A stretch of 64,000 bases of DNA from Candidatus Dormiibacterota bacterium (GTDB lineage Bacteria; Chloroflexota; Dormibacteria; Aeolococcales; Aeolococcaceae), in NCBI GenBank assembly GCA_963713485.1, contig CAVQLW010000005.1:333636-397635 (forward strand), in the 5' to 3' direction. This document shows positions 10,113 to 18,959 of this stretch, piece by piece. The stretch's first letter is position 1, and every line of letters starts with the position of its first letter. Under the pieces are notes generated by a model. It saw only the letters and a program-made list of their open reading frames with translations. It was not told the DNA's origin and did no database searches. A program made the translations under genes and the position numbers.

Positions 10113-10243
10113 CTCGCGTTCCTCGCCCTTCATCGGCCCGCCCGTGTGGCGGGCATCCGCGGCAATGGTAGTCGCCGTGCTGCGGGCGTCAACAGCAGGC
10201 TCGACGCCCCGGCGTATGGCCACCGCCGGCGCGTCGTTCGCGA

Positions 10244-11752
10244 TTACGAGAAGTCCCGCAGCCCTCCCCACACATCCGGCAGCGGCGCCCTGAGACTGCA
10301 GAGCGTGACCGGATCTCCCGTCTCGTAGTTGACGACGTGGTACGGGACCACGAGATGCGCCACAACCAGTGTCGATGTGCACATCCAGCTGACATCGGAC
10401 GGCGCGTACCCGACCATGAGGACATCAGTGGCAGCAACATGCTTCGGCAGCCAGTAGAAGTCGCTCAGCTGCGGGCTGTAGCTTTGCGGCAGCAGCTTCG
10501 GGTTGCCGTAGATCTTCAGCGCTCCGGTGACGCCGTAGTCCGATGACACGATCACCGTTGTGGAGCGTTCCGCCGGAGACAGCGCAGCGTAGATGGCGGT
10601 CATCTGCTGGGTGATCGCAACCCACCCGACCGTGGATGCGAAGTCGGTGTTCGACACATCGAGGCCGGTCGCGTGCAGACGATCCGGCGGTGTCGTGGGA
10701 ACCCCGGCCTTCAGGCCGACGAGGCCGTCGAGCAGACCTGCGATGACGATAGCGATTGCGAGCCCTGACCGCAGACGTTGTCGCTCCACACGCGAGAATG
10801 CCATGAGTCCGGCGGCCATCACGATGGGGATCGTGGGTGCCGGATAGTAGAACTTGCCGACGAGGAGAAAGAGAACGATCGGCACCGCGCAGGCGATTGC
10901 GACCGGACGCAGCGCACCGTTGCGGAAGAGCGAGATGAAGCCCGCGACCCAGAGCGGGGCGAGGAAGAAGAGCAGGACGAGAAACAGGACGACGAAGTCG
11001 AGCGGTCCACCGCCCGATTGAATGCTGCCCTGGTGGTTGAGCACGTACGTCAGCGTGGGCAGGCCGTTGACGATCTGCCAGACGAGGTTCGGTGACCAGA
11101 TCAGCAGCATCACCGCCCCTGCGACCCACGGCCACGGTGTCCGCAGATCCCTTCGCAGTGACGGTGTCACCAGCACCCCGGCGACGATGCCGGCGATGAG
11201 ACCCAGGATGAGGAACTTGATCTCGAGCCCGATGCCGAGCGTGATGCCGAGGAGCATCCACGTGCGCGGCTTTCGATCGATGACGAGTGCGAGCAGCCAG
11301 TAGAGCGACAGCATCCACGCGAGCTGATCGAACACCACGGTCTGGAAGAGCCAGGTGCCGAGGAGCAATGGCTCAGTGATCCCGAGCAACAGCGCCAGTG
11401 CCTGCAACCGCAACGAGCCGCCGAGCTTGCGAACATACGCGCCGCAGAGGATCACGTTGACCCCGCCCACGAGCGCGGGAAGCAGGCGAAGCGCCCATGG
11501 CGTGACACCGAGGAGCCCTGTCTCGAGACGGGAAAGCAACGGAACGATCGGCGGAAAGTCGACGTATCCGAATGCAGGGTGCCGGCCGCTGTCGAGGTAG
11601 TACAGCTCGTCGATGTGAAAGCCGAGGACGCCGTTGGTCGCGAGATGGATGGCGATGAGACACGCCGCGGCGGCGCCGTAGAGCAGGACGGCTGCCGGAC
11701 GCCGGTAGCGCTGCGTGACGAGGGCGGTCATCCTCGGGCGACGGGCTGTCAC
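10244..11752 (-). CDS. GT39/ArnT-like membrane glycosyltransferase (PMT_2-like)
   Basis: 502-aa polytopic membrane protein. The N-terminal HIDELYYLDSGRHPAFGYVDFPPIVPLL loop is typical of GT-C family 39 enzymes. Confidence 0.7.
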   Translation of the reverse strand: MTARRPRMTALVTQRYRRPAAVLLYGAAAACLIAIHLATNGVLGFHIDELYYLDSGRHPAFGYVDFPPIVPLLSRLETGLLGVTPWALRLLPALVGGVNVILCGAYVRKLGGSLRLQALALLLGITEPLLLGTWLFQTVVFDQLAWMLSLYWLLALVIDRKPRTWMLLGITLGIGLEIKFLILGLIAGIVAGVLVTPSLRRDLRTPWPWVAGAVMLLIWSPNLVWQIVNGLPTLTYVLNHQGSIQSGGGPLDFVVLFLVLLFFLAPLWVAGFISLFRNGALRPVAIACAVPIVLFLLVGKFYYPAPTIPIVMAAGLMAFSRVERQRLRSGLAIAIVIAGLLDGLVGLKAGVPTTPPDRLHATGLDVSNTDFASTVGWVAITQQMTAIYAALSPAERSTTVIVSSDYGVTGALKIYGNPKLLPQSYSPQLSDFYWLPKHVAATDVLMVGYAPSDVSWMCTSTLVVAHLVVPYHVVNYETGDPVTLCSLRAPLPDVWGGLRDFS

Positions 11753-11862
11753 ACCTGCGTGCTCAAGCGGCCAGCATGACCGGGAACGGCGTCACCCGCC
11801 GTACGGTTCGTGACCTTCGGCACATCGGCGGGCACCGGTGCAAGCACTAACATCAGGTCCGT

Positions 11863-12294
11863 ATGGAGGCGACCGCCGTCCCCGCGACGGATCGAAAGAT
11901 CAGGATCCTCACCGCCAAAGTCGGCCTGGACGGGCACGACCGCGGGGTGAAGGTGATCTCCCGTGCGCTGCGCGATGCCGGCGTCGAGGTCATCTACACG
12001 GGGCTTCACCAGACCCCGGCCATGGTGGTCGAAGCGGCGATCCAGGAAGACGTCGACGGCATAGGCATCAGCCTCCTGAGCGGCGCCCATATGACGCTCT
12101 TTCCGGAGATCCTGCGCTTGCTGAAGGAACGAGGCGCCGACGACATCGTGGTCTTCGGCGGAGGGATCATCCCCGACTCCGATGTCGCCGAGTTGGAGAA
12201 GCTTGGTGTCGACAAGGTGTTCACGCCGGGGACGTCGCTCGACGAGGCGGTCTCGTACGTCAAGGAGCGCTTCGGGCCGGAGGCCGCCGGCTGA
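11863..12294 (+). CDS. cobalamin-binding subunit of a methylmalonyl-CoA mutase-type enzyme (stand-alone B12-binding domain)
   Basis: [38 protein letters not shown] and VVFGGGIIP form the DxHxxG B12-binding fold signature. Confidence 0.85.
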   Translation: MEATAVPATDRKIRILTAKVGLDGHDRGVKVISRALRDAGVEVIYTGLHQTPAMVVEAAIQEDVDGIGISLLSGAHMTLFPEILRLLKERGADDIVVFGGGIIPDSDVAELEKLGVDKVFTPGTSLDEAVSYVKERFGPEAAG

Positions 12295-12413
12295 CTCCCT
12301 CCCTGCTCTGCCTCGCCACCGCGGCGGCTCGCGCGGCACGCTTTCTCACCGACCCGGACGACCCAGGTGCGAGCGCGAAGCCGCCGCACCCTGCCTTCGT
12401 GACCTTTCGCGCG

Positions 12414-13004
12414 ATGGGGTACGTCTGGGTCGACGGGCAGGCACTCGAACCGATCGGAGACAGCCTCGACCTCTGGCTGGCGTTTCTGCGTGGCCGAGGT
12501 GCCCGGGAGGCGCGGCTCGACGTGAGCGGGGGGACCGAGGTCTGCCGGGTCGTGCGCGATGGGGCCGTCGAATCCTGGCGCCCTGTCTGGGGTGGCGGCA
12601 TCTTCACCCTGAACGGGAGCGACGACCGGGCGGCGGCACCGCAGGAGCCGGCCCTCGATCTCGCGAGCGCATCCAGCCGCCTCGAGCGCGCCGTCGAGGC
12701 GGAGCTGCAGAACGCCCCCGCCGGCGTTCGGCGCACGTCCCTCGAACGCTCCCTGGCCATCCTTGCCTCACCGGGCGACGGCGAGGAGGTGTCCGACGTC
12801 GCGTGGCCGTATTTCATCCTCCCGGATGGCGCTCCCACGGCGGCCCGGCGCCTCATCGCCTCGGCCTGCGCCGCCTGGCCGGAGATCGGGGCCGTGCCGG
12901 ACCCGACCGCAACCCTGGATCGGGGCGCCGTGGGCGTGGAGGCCCCGCTCGAGGCGATCGCGGCGGCGGTGAACTCTTCGGGGGCCGCCGAGCCGGTAGA
13001 GTAG
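12414..13004 (+). CDS. hypothetical protein
   Basis: In-frame ATG inside ORF 11838..13004, downstream of the previous stop. Third codon positions are G/C-rich. No recognisable motif. Confidence 0.45.
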   Translation: MGYVWVDGQALEPIGDSLDLWLAFLRGRGAREARLDVSGGTEVCRVVRDGAVESWRPVWGGGIFTLNGSDDRAAAPQEPALDLASASSRLERAVEAELQNAPAGVRRTSLERSLAILASPGDGEEVSDVAWPYFILPDGAPTAARRLIASACAAWPEIGAVPDPTATLDRGAVGVEAPLEAIAAAVNSSGAAEPVE

Positions 13005-13013
13005 CCAGCTGAG

Positions 13014-13676
13014 ATGGCAGGTTCGCTCGAGCTCAACGCTTCCATCCGGTCCGAGACCGGACGTCACGTTCATGCCGTTCGCCGTCGTGGTGAGGTGCCT
13101 GCGGTGCTGTACGGGCACAACGTCGAGCCGCAGGCACTCGCCATCGACGCACGCAACCTCCAGCGAGTCTGGCGGCGCGCCGGCCACAGCCACCTGGTCG
13201 ATCTCGCGCTCGACGGCGGCCGCGCCCGCAAGGTGCTCATCCGGGAGCTGCAGGTCAACCCGCGCAACGCCGAGCTGATGCACGTCGATCTGTTCGCGGT
13301 CAACCTTCGCGAGAAGCTCGTCGTGGAGATCCCGCTCGTTCCCGTCGGCGAGGCTCCCGCGGTCACCGAGTTCAAGCTCGGGGTGCTCCAGCAGGTCATC
13401 ACGGCGGTCAAGGTCGAGTGCATGCCTGGTGACATCCCCTCCCAGCTCAGCGTCGACATCTCGGGGCTCACCGAGGTCGACCAGGGCATCCGCCTCGCCG
13501 AGGTGCCGTTGCCGGATCGGGTGAGCCTCGCCACCGGTGTCGATCCCGACGAACTCGTCCTCAAGGTCGCCCAGGTGCGCGTCGCCGCCGAAGCCGAGGA
13601 GGTCGAGGCCGCGCCGGCCGAGGCCGAAGGCGAAGCCGGCGAGGCCGCTGAGGACGACACCGAGTCGGGCTCGTAG
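13014..13676 (+). CDS. rplY: 50S ribosomal protein L25 / general stress protein Ctc
   Basis: RRRGEVPAVLYGH, VDLALDGG, ELQVNPRN, a second beta-barrel domain and an acidic C-terminal tail. Confidence 0.85.
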   Translation: MAGSLELNASIRSETGRHVHAVRRRGEVPAVLYGHNVEPQALAIDARNLQRVWRRAGHSHLVDLALDGGRARKVLIRELQVNPRNAELMHVDLFAVNLREKLVVEIPLVPVGEAPAVTEFKLGVLQQVITAVKVECMPGDIPSQLSVDISGLTEVDQGIRLAEVPLPDRVSLATGVDPDELVLKVAQVRVAAEAEEVEAAPAEAEGEAGEAAEDDTESGS

Positions 13677-13728
13677 CACCACCTCTGGTCCTGACGTCCG
13701 TGTCCTGTGACACTGATGGGGGGCGAGC

Positions 13729-14745
13729 GTGATCGCGGACGCGACGTGCACAACGGGCAACCTGTTCGACTTCGTCTGCACTGCGATCCAACAGCACAAC
13801 AGTGGCCCGGTCGGCCCGCTCGTCGAGGCGTTGATCAGCGCGATCGCCATCTTCGTGGTGATCTACGTGGTCGGCCGGGTGATCCGGCTCCTCGTCCTGT
13901 GGGGGATGCGCCGGGGCAAGGCGGATCGCCAGGTCCGCACCCTCGTTCGCAACGTGATCACGGCGACGACGTACGCCGTCGCACTGGTTGCTGCCCTGGT
14001 GGCCGCCGGCGTGAACGTTGCGGTCATCGTGACGGCGGCGGGCGTCGGAACGGTCGCGATCGGTCTTGCGTTCCAGGACCTGCTGCGCAACGTGCTGGCC
14101 GGCATCTGGCTGCTCATCGAGCAACCCTTCCGTCTCGGCGACACCATCACCGTGCTCGATCAGACCGGTTCGGTGCAGAACATCACGCTGCGGACCACGA
14201 CGCTGCGCACGGGAGTCGGGGAGCTCGCCATCCTTCCCAACCTCACCGTTTTTACCGGCATCGTCATCAACATCACGCACTACGACACTCGTCGCTTGAG
14301 CGTTGGGGTTCGCCTCCCGGCGGGCACAGACCTGGCATCGCTCATGCGTCGAGCGCGCGAGGTCATCCAGGGCATGCCAGGAGTTGCGGCGAAGCCTGCG
14401 GTGCATCTCACACCGGTGCTCGACGGCGAGGCGCCGGTGTTGCGCTGCAGCTTCTGGGTGGATCAGCGCGCGGATGATCCCGATGCGTTGACGGCAACCG
14501 TCGCGGAGCGGCTATGGGATCTCGTCGGATCCAAGGCCACGCATGAGACTAAGACAGCGGTCGCGGCGGATCCGGATCACGACGTCGAGTCCGGGCCGGT
14601 GTCGAAGCGGGGCCGAGACGGTCGAAGACGGCCGGGTAGGGCCTGCCGTGGATGCCCGCCCCGACGACACCGCACAACGTGTCGTCATCGTTCGTCACGG
14701 CGAGACCGCGTGGAGCCGGATCAAACGGCACACCGGCCGGAGTGA
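13729..14745 (+). CDS. mechanosensitive ion channel (MscS family)
   Basis: TM helices followed by GVGTVAIGLAFQDLLRNVLAGIWLLIEQPFRLGDTI and SVQNITLRTTTLR. The Arg-rich tail overlaps the next gene by about 98 nt. Confidence 0.8.
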   Translation: MIADATCTTGNLFDFVCTAIQQHNSGPVGPLVEALISAIAIFVVIYVVGRVIRLLVLWGMRRGKADRQVRTLVRNVITATTYAVALVAALVAAGVNVAVIVTAAGVGTVAIGLAFQDLLRNVLAGIWLLIEQPFRLGDTITVLDQTGSVQNITLRTTTLRTGVGELAILPNLTVFTGIVINITHYDTRRLSVGVRLPAGTDLASLMRRAREVIQGMPGVAAKPAVHLTPVLDGEAPVLRCSFWVDQRADDPDALTATVAERLWDLVGSKATHETKTAVAADPDHDVESGPVSKRGRDGRRRPGRACRGCPPRRHRTTCRHRSSRRDRVEPDQTAHRPE

Positions 14746-15253
14746 CATCCCACTCGATCCCGGAGGGCGAGACCAGGCGCGTGGCCTGGCCGCGGTCCTT
14801 GCCGGCCGGACGTTCGCCGCGGTGTTCGTGAGCCCGTTGCAGCGTGCGCGCGAGACCTGTGCCCTTGCCGGCTTCGATGCAGGCGCGATCGTCGATCCCG
14901 ACCTCATGGAGTGGGACTACGGCGACTACGAGGGATTGACGAGCGACGAGATTCGCGAGCGGCGGCCGGGGTGGATCCTCTTCCGCGATGGCGCGCCAGG
15001 TGGCGAGACACTCGACGAGGTTGCCACTCGCGCCGCGCGGGTGATCGAACGCATCCGCGCCGTCGCAGGCGACGTGCTCATCTTCGGACACGGCCATCAG
15101 CTGCGCATCCTCACCGCCCTCTGGCTCGAGTTGCCACCGTCGGCGGGACAGCGTCTGCAGCTGCGCAACGCGGCGCCGTCGACCCTTGGATGGGAGAACG
15201 AATGGACGGCGTTGCTCAGCTGGAACACACACGGGCCCTCGGCCCGTGAGTGA
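14648..15253 (+). CDS. histidine phosphatase (phosphoglycerate mutase family)
   Basis: VVIVRHGETAWS (RHG catalytic motif), SPLQRARET and FGHGHQLR. GTG 14648 is the nearest start upstream of RHG. Confidence 0.8.
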   Translation: MDARPDDTAQRVVIVRHGETAWSRIKRHTGRSDIPLDPGGRDQARGLAAVLAGRTFAAVFVSPLQRARETCALAGFDAGAIVDPDLMEWDYGDYEGLTSDEIRERRPGWILFRDGAPGGETLDEVATRAARVIERIRAVAGDVLIFGHGHQLRILTALWLELPPSAGQRLQLRNAAPSTLGWENEWTALLSWNTHGPSARE

Positions 15254-15541
15254 GTCACTGTAGTTCGGACGCTCGGTGGGGAAAGGCTGTAGAGAACGAG
15301 CCCTGGCCCCTCATCCTTGCAATGGCGTGGAACACACACGGGCCCTCGGCCCGTGAGTAAGTCACTGTAGTTCGGACGCTCGGTGGGGAAAGGCTGTAGA
15401 GAACGAGCCCTGGCCCCCCGATCCTTGCAATGGCGCTGGAACACAACGGGCCCTCGGCCCGTGAGTGAGTCACTTTAGTTCGGACGCTCGGAGGGAAAGG
15501 CTGGAGAGAACAGGCCTGCCCCTCGATCGTTGCAATGGCGC
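15221..15541. repeat. tandem repeat, three units of 107-109 bp
   Basis: Units start at 15221, 15328 and 15437, each beginning TGGAACACA. Unit 1 contains the last 10 codons plus the stop of the phosphatase gene. Each unit starts with the hairpin ACGGGCC-CTC-GGCCCGT. Confidence 0.9.
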
Positions 15542-15552
15542 TGAAGAAAGGT

Positions 15553-15567
15553 GACCCCTGCGGGGTC
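15553..15567. terminator. short GC hairpin between convergent genes
   Basis: GACCCC-TGC-GGGGTC, immediately 3' of the MerR-like pseudogene. No U-tract. Confidence 0.3.
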
Positions 15568-15909
15568 AGAGCCGGACGTGCTCGATGTCGATGCCGGCGA
15601 GCTCGGGAGGCCTGGGGATGGCGTGAGCGTCGAGGAGTTGGAGGCATTTGATGACGTAGCGGGCGCCGGCGATGTTGAGGCCGTGCTGGCGGGTGAGACG
15701 CTGGATGGCGCGAGGGTGAGGATGTCGCGCTGGGAGTAGCGACGGCGGTTGGTGGCGGTGCGCTCGGGGACGCCGAGGCCCATGGCCTCGTACATCATCA
15801 AGGTGCGGGGATGGCTGGCGAGGATCTCGGCGGCGACGCTGATGGTGTAGAGCGGCTTGTCGAGGTCGAGCATGCGCGCCGATGTCGGCGTCGCTGTCTC
15901 AGTCGGCAT
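15566..15909 (-). pseudogene. MerR/HspR-like transcriptional regulator, copy 1, frameshifted
   Basis: Near-identical at nucleotide level to 28103..28447 from stop to start codon. One nucleotide is missing within a short divergent patch at about 15708-15716, after RDILTL. Adding one base restores LTLAAIQRLTRQHG... Confidence 0.75.
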
Positions 15910-16409
15910 CTGTGATACCTCCAGGACCCGCCGCGCTCCCGCTCGAAACGACCGGGCGATGGGAATCGGTCCGCCCTTCTACCATGACTCTCAGTCTAGT
16001 CGCGCGCACCAGGAATATGACACGCGGATAGCCATGAGTCATGTGTACGCCGCGCGACATATCACGACGCCGCTGCTCGCGTCATTCGTGAAACGCTCGC
16101 TTCTTCTCCGCATCCGGATTGCGCATGTCGACATGGCGATGTCGCAACGCATCCGCGCTGCGCCCGTGTTCATCCGCCGGTGCGCTCAACATCGGCCTGG
16201 AATCCAGGACGGGTGGCCGGCAGCCCGGTCCGGCGATCGGCTGCCCACCAATTCGCCGCCCTGTAAAGCTGCTACCGGCGCTATAGGGTTTTCCACAGCG
16301 CCGTCCACAGCTGTGCAATTCCTCCTCGCCTGCGCTGCAGCGGTCCTGGACCGGGCGAGCGACAGGCCTCCCTTGCCAATACAGGTACATCTAAGCCATC
16401 ATGTCTACT

Positions 16410-16431
16410 TATAGATGCACTATCATATTCG
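16410..16431 (+). promoter_or_regulatory. AT-rich promoter-like box TATAGATGCACTATCATATTCG
   Basis: TATAG-N6-TATCAT, 22 nt upstream of an AAAGGAGG Shine-Dalgarno (SD) site and the ATG at 16453. Shares CTATCATATTCG with 29098..29109. Confidence 0.5.
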
Positions 16432-16452
16432 TAGCTCGAAAAGGAGGTCTTG

Positions 16453-16674
16453 ATGGCAACTCGCTTCGCGTTCCCGAAGGAGCGCAAGGAACCGCTCACG
16501 GACGCGTCGCACGTGCGGAACGCCATCGCCCGGTTCGACCAGGTGGAAGGCGTGACCGACGCCGAACGTGACAGGGCGTGGCGAAGGATCCGCGCGGCAG
16601 CCAGGCGTCATGGCGTCGAAATCGAAGTCAGGGGCTGGCGCCGGCTCATGGCCAATGGGAGGTCGAAACGATGA
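16453..16674 (+). CDS. small conserved protein (DUF6582-like; FAFPKERKEPLTDASHVRNAIARFDQV motif)
   Basis: Strong SD AAGGAGG 6 nt upstream of the ATG. The motif recalls a widespread actinobacterial small-protein family. Family name is from memory. Confidence 0.6.
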   Translation: MATRFAFPKERKEPLTDASHVRNAIARFDQVEGVTDAERDRAWRRIRAAARRHGVEIEVRGWRRLMANGRSKR

Positions 16675-16826
16675 TCGCCTTGCTGCTGTTTCTGCTGCTG
16701 ATCGCGCTGCTCTTCGGTTTCGGTGTTGCCGTCCACGCGCTCTGGTGGATCGCCGTCATCGCGCTCGTCCTGTGGCTCGTCGGCTTCATGCTCCGGCCGA
16801 GTGGAGGACGCTGGTACTACTGGTAA
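16671..16826 (+). CDS. small two-helix membrane protein
   Basis: The ATG overlaps the upstream stop (ATGA) and has a GGGAGG SD. Sequence MIALLLFLLLIALLFGFGVAVHALWWIAVIALVLWLVGFML. Confidence 0.55.
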   Translation: MIALLLFLLLIALLFGFGVAVHALWWIAVIALVLWLVGFMLRPSGGRWYYW

Positions 16827-16837
16827 GGGACACGCGA

Positions 16838-16869
16838 CCGGGCCGGGCTGTCCGTTCAGCCCGGCCCGG
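16838..16869 (+). terminator. GC-rich hairpin after the small-protein operon
   Basis: CCGGGCCGGGCT-N8-AGCCCGGCCCGG, a 12-bp stem. No clear U-tract. Confidence 0.45.
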
Positions 16870-17036
16870 CCAGGGGGGTGCCGACGGAGGGCTTGACTCG
16901 CCTCGCGGACCTGGCTACATTTGGTTGGTGCGCCACCGTACCCAAAGGTGGGCGCGGAGCTATCAAATCAACGCGAGTGGCTGCGGGGATGACCCGGCGC
17001 CGAAAGCAGCGGCGTTCAGATCAAGGAGTGAAGTCC

Positions 17037-17432
17037 GTGGAGGAGGAAGTCAAGGTTCTGCTGATCGAGGACGATGAGTTCGCCGCGGAGATGTACCGCC
17101 TTCGCCTCGCCGGTGACGGCTACGAGGTGGTGATCGCCCGCAACGGCCAGGAGGGGCTGAGTCTTGCAGCCAGCGTGCTGCCGGACTTCGTGTATCTCGA
17201 CATCCGCCTTCCCATCCTCGATGGCTTCGAGGTGCTGGAGCAACTCCGCGCGAATCCGTTGACCGCCCAGATCCCGGTGATCATCCTGACCAACTACGGC
17301 GAAGAGGAGTTCCGTGAACGCGGGCTCAAGCTCGGCGCACTCGAGTTCCTCGTCAAGTCTGACACGACACCGGCGCGACTCTCGGAGACCGTCGAGCGCG
17401 TGACCGGTTCCCGGTCGATACCGACCGCTTGA
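17037..17432 (+). CDS. stand-alone response-regulator receiver protein (RR1)
   Basis: GTG start with an AAGGAG SD. LLIEDD, YLDIRLP and ILTNYG are CheY-like receiver motifs. There is no output domain. 93 of 131 positions are identical to RR3 by hand alignment. Confidence 0.85.
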   Translation: MEEEVKVLLIEDDEFAAEMYRLRLAGDGYEVVIARNGQEGLSLAASVLPDFVYLDIRLPILDGFEVLEQLRANPLTAQIPVIILTNYGEEEFRERGLKLGALEFLVKSDTTPARLSETVERVTGSRSIPTA

Positions 17433-17453
17433 GAGGACACCCGGCAGCGGGCG

Positions 17454-18866
17454 TCACCACGGGATGACGGTGACGATCAGGGCGGCGGCCGCCACCGCCA
17501 TCACTCCTGCCGCCGTCCATCCGAGCCATCGGCTCAGCCTGCCGCTCACGTGCTGCCCCATGATCCGTGAGTCGCAGGCGACCACGTTGATCAGAACGAG
17601 CAGCGGGGGCGCGACGACTCCGTTGATCACGGCCGTGAGGAAGAGTGCCTTGATCGGATCGAAACCGATCGCGTTCAGCGCGACGCCGATCGCGGTCGCC
17701 GCAACGATCACGCCGTAGAACGTCGGCCGGAAACGCGCTCGTATCCCATACCCGCCACCGAAATCGGCGACTTCGCGCACGGCGTACGCGGCCGATCCGC
17801 TGAGCACCGGCACCGCGAGCAATCCCGCGCCGATGATGCCCGCAGCGAACAGCATCGAAGCGAAGTGGCCGGCGAAGGGCTGCAGCGCGCTCGCGGCCTG
17901 GTTCGCCGTCTGCACCTGCGTGATGCCATGGCTGTTGAGCACGGCGGCGCTGCTCGCGATGATGCAGAACATCACCGCCTGGCTGAAGACCATCCCGGTG
18001 GTGACGTCCACCCGCGTCGACACCAGCTCCTCGTCTTGCATGCGCGTCCGCAGCCGGCCCTTGGCGCGCAGCACGTCGACCTCCGACGACGCCTGCCAGA
18101 AGAAGAGATATGGGGAGATGGTCGTCCCAAGAATCGCGACCACGGCCGCCAGCCACGCCGAGTTGAGCTCGACGCGCGGGATCACCGCACCCATCAGCAG
18201 CCGCACGCTGTCGGGATGCGCAAAGAAGAGCGTGATCACGTACGCGAACAGCGCCAGTGTGAGCCACTTGAAGATGGACGACAGGCGTTCGTAGCTCGAG
18301 AACAGCTGGAATCCGAGGACCAGCATCGCCGCGCACACCACATAGACGACGTTCGGTATACCGCCGACGAGCAGACCCGCCCCGGAGGCGATCGCGCCGA
18401 GGTCGGCGCCCACGTTGATCGTGTTCGCAACCACCAGTGCGATGACCGCACCACCGACGATCGGCGTCGGGAAGCGCTGACGAAGGCTGGCGCCGAGACC
18501 CATTCGAGTGTGCAGGCCGATGCGCGCGCACGCCTCCTGGACGGCGATCATCAACGGCAAGGTCACAAGGGCGGTCCAGAGCAGCCCGTATCCGAACTGG
18601 CTTCCCACCTGGGAGTAGGTGCCGATCCCCGACGGGTCGTCGTCGCTCGCACCGGTGACGACGCCTGGGCCGAGAAGCCGTACGAAACCCACAGGACCAC
18701 GGCGCAGTGCATCGCCGAAGGTTTTCGGACCGGCGACCGGGGCGGCGCCGGACTGCCTGGCAGTGCCCTTGAGCAACTCCTCCTTCGGGGGATCCGTGTC
18801 CGAGACTCCCGGGAGGGCATGGCGGATCGGATCGCGGGTGCGACCCGAGGCGTGAGGTGACGGCAC
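17454..18866 (-). CDS. mntH: Nramp-family divalent metal transporter
   Basis: GPGVVTGASDDDPSGIGTYSQVGSQFGYGLLW and a polytopic membrane topology. The start may be further downstream. Confidence 0.8.
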   Translation of the reverse strand: MPSPHASGRTRDPIRHALPGVSDTDPPKEELLKGTARQSGAAPVAGPKTFGDALRRGPVGFVRLLGPGVVTGASDDDPSGIGTYSQVGSQFGYGLLWTALVTLPLMIAVQEACARIGLHTRMGLGASLRQRFPTPIVGGAVIALVVANTINVGADLGAIASGAGLLVGGIPNVVYVVCAAMLVLGFQLFSSYERLSSIFKWLTLALFAYVITLFFAHPDSVRLLMGAVIPRVELNSAWLAAVVAILGTTISPYLFFWQASSEVDVLRAKGRLRTRMQDEELVSTRVDVTTGMVFSQAVMFCIIASSAAVLNSHGITQVQTANQAASALQPFAGHFASMLFAAGIIGAGLLAVPVLSGSAAYAVREVADFGGGYGIRARFRPTFYGVIVAATAIGVALNAIGFDPIKALFLTAVINGVVAPPLLVLINVVACDSRIMGQHVSGRLSRWLGWTAAGVMAVAAAALIVTVIPW

Positions 18867-18920
18867 CCGGCTGCTACCGGCGACCGGGGTCGCTGCTGCT
18901 CCCGCGGCACATAGCCATCA

Positions 18921-18936
18921 TCGCTATAAATGTTAG
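18921..18936 (+). promoter_or_regulatory. AT-rich -10-like box TCGCTATAAATGTTAG
   Basis: Lies in the divergent Nramp/HK1 intergenic region, 24 nt upstream of the HK1 ATG. Related to TCGCTATAATGTTGCT at 21331. Confidence 0.4.
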
Positions 18937-18959
18937 TGACCCTGTACCATTACGTTGGC

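Noticed and set aside
11753-11862. Cobalamin riboswitch upstream of the B12-binding subunit (also checked upstream of nrdJ, 62761-62870)
   Set aside because: I could not find a B12-box-like core, and the regions are short. Only an Infernal scan could settle this.
15221-15541. Possible CRISPR array
   Set aside because: The units are 107-109 bp and directly abut each other with no unique spacers. No cas genes are nearby. It is a plain tandem duplication.
16082-16390. 102-aa minus-strand ORF in the long intergenic region
   Set aside because: Mixed codon usage (many A/T-ending codons), no SD, and no recognisable motif. Treated as probably non-coding.
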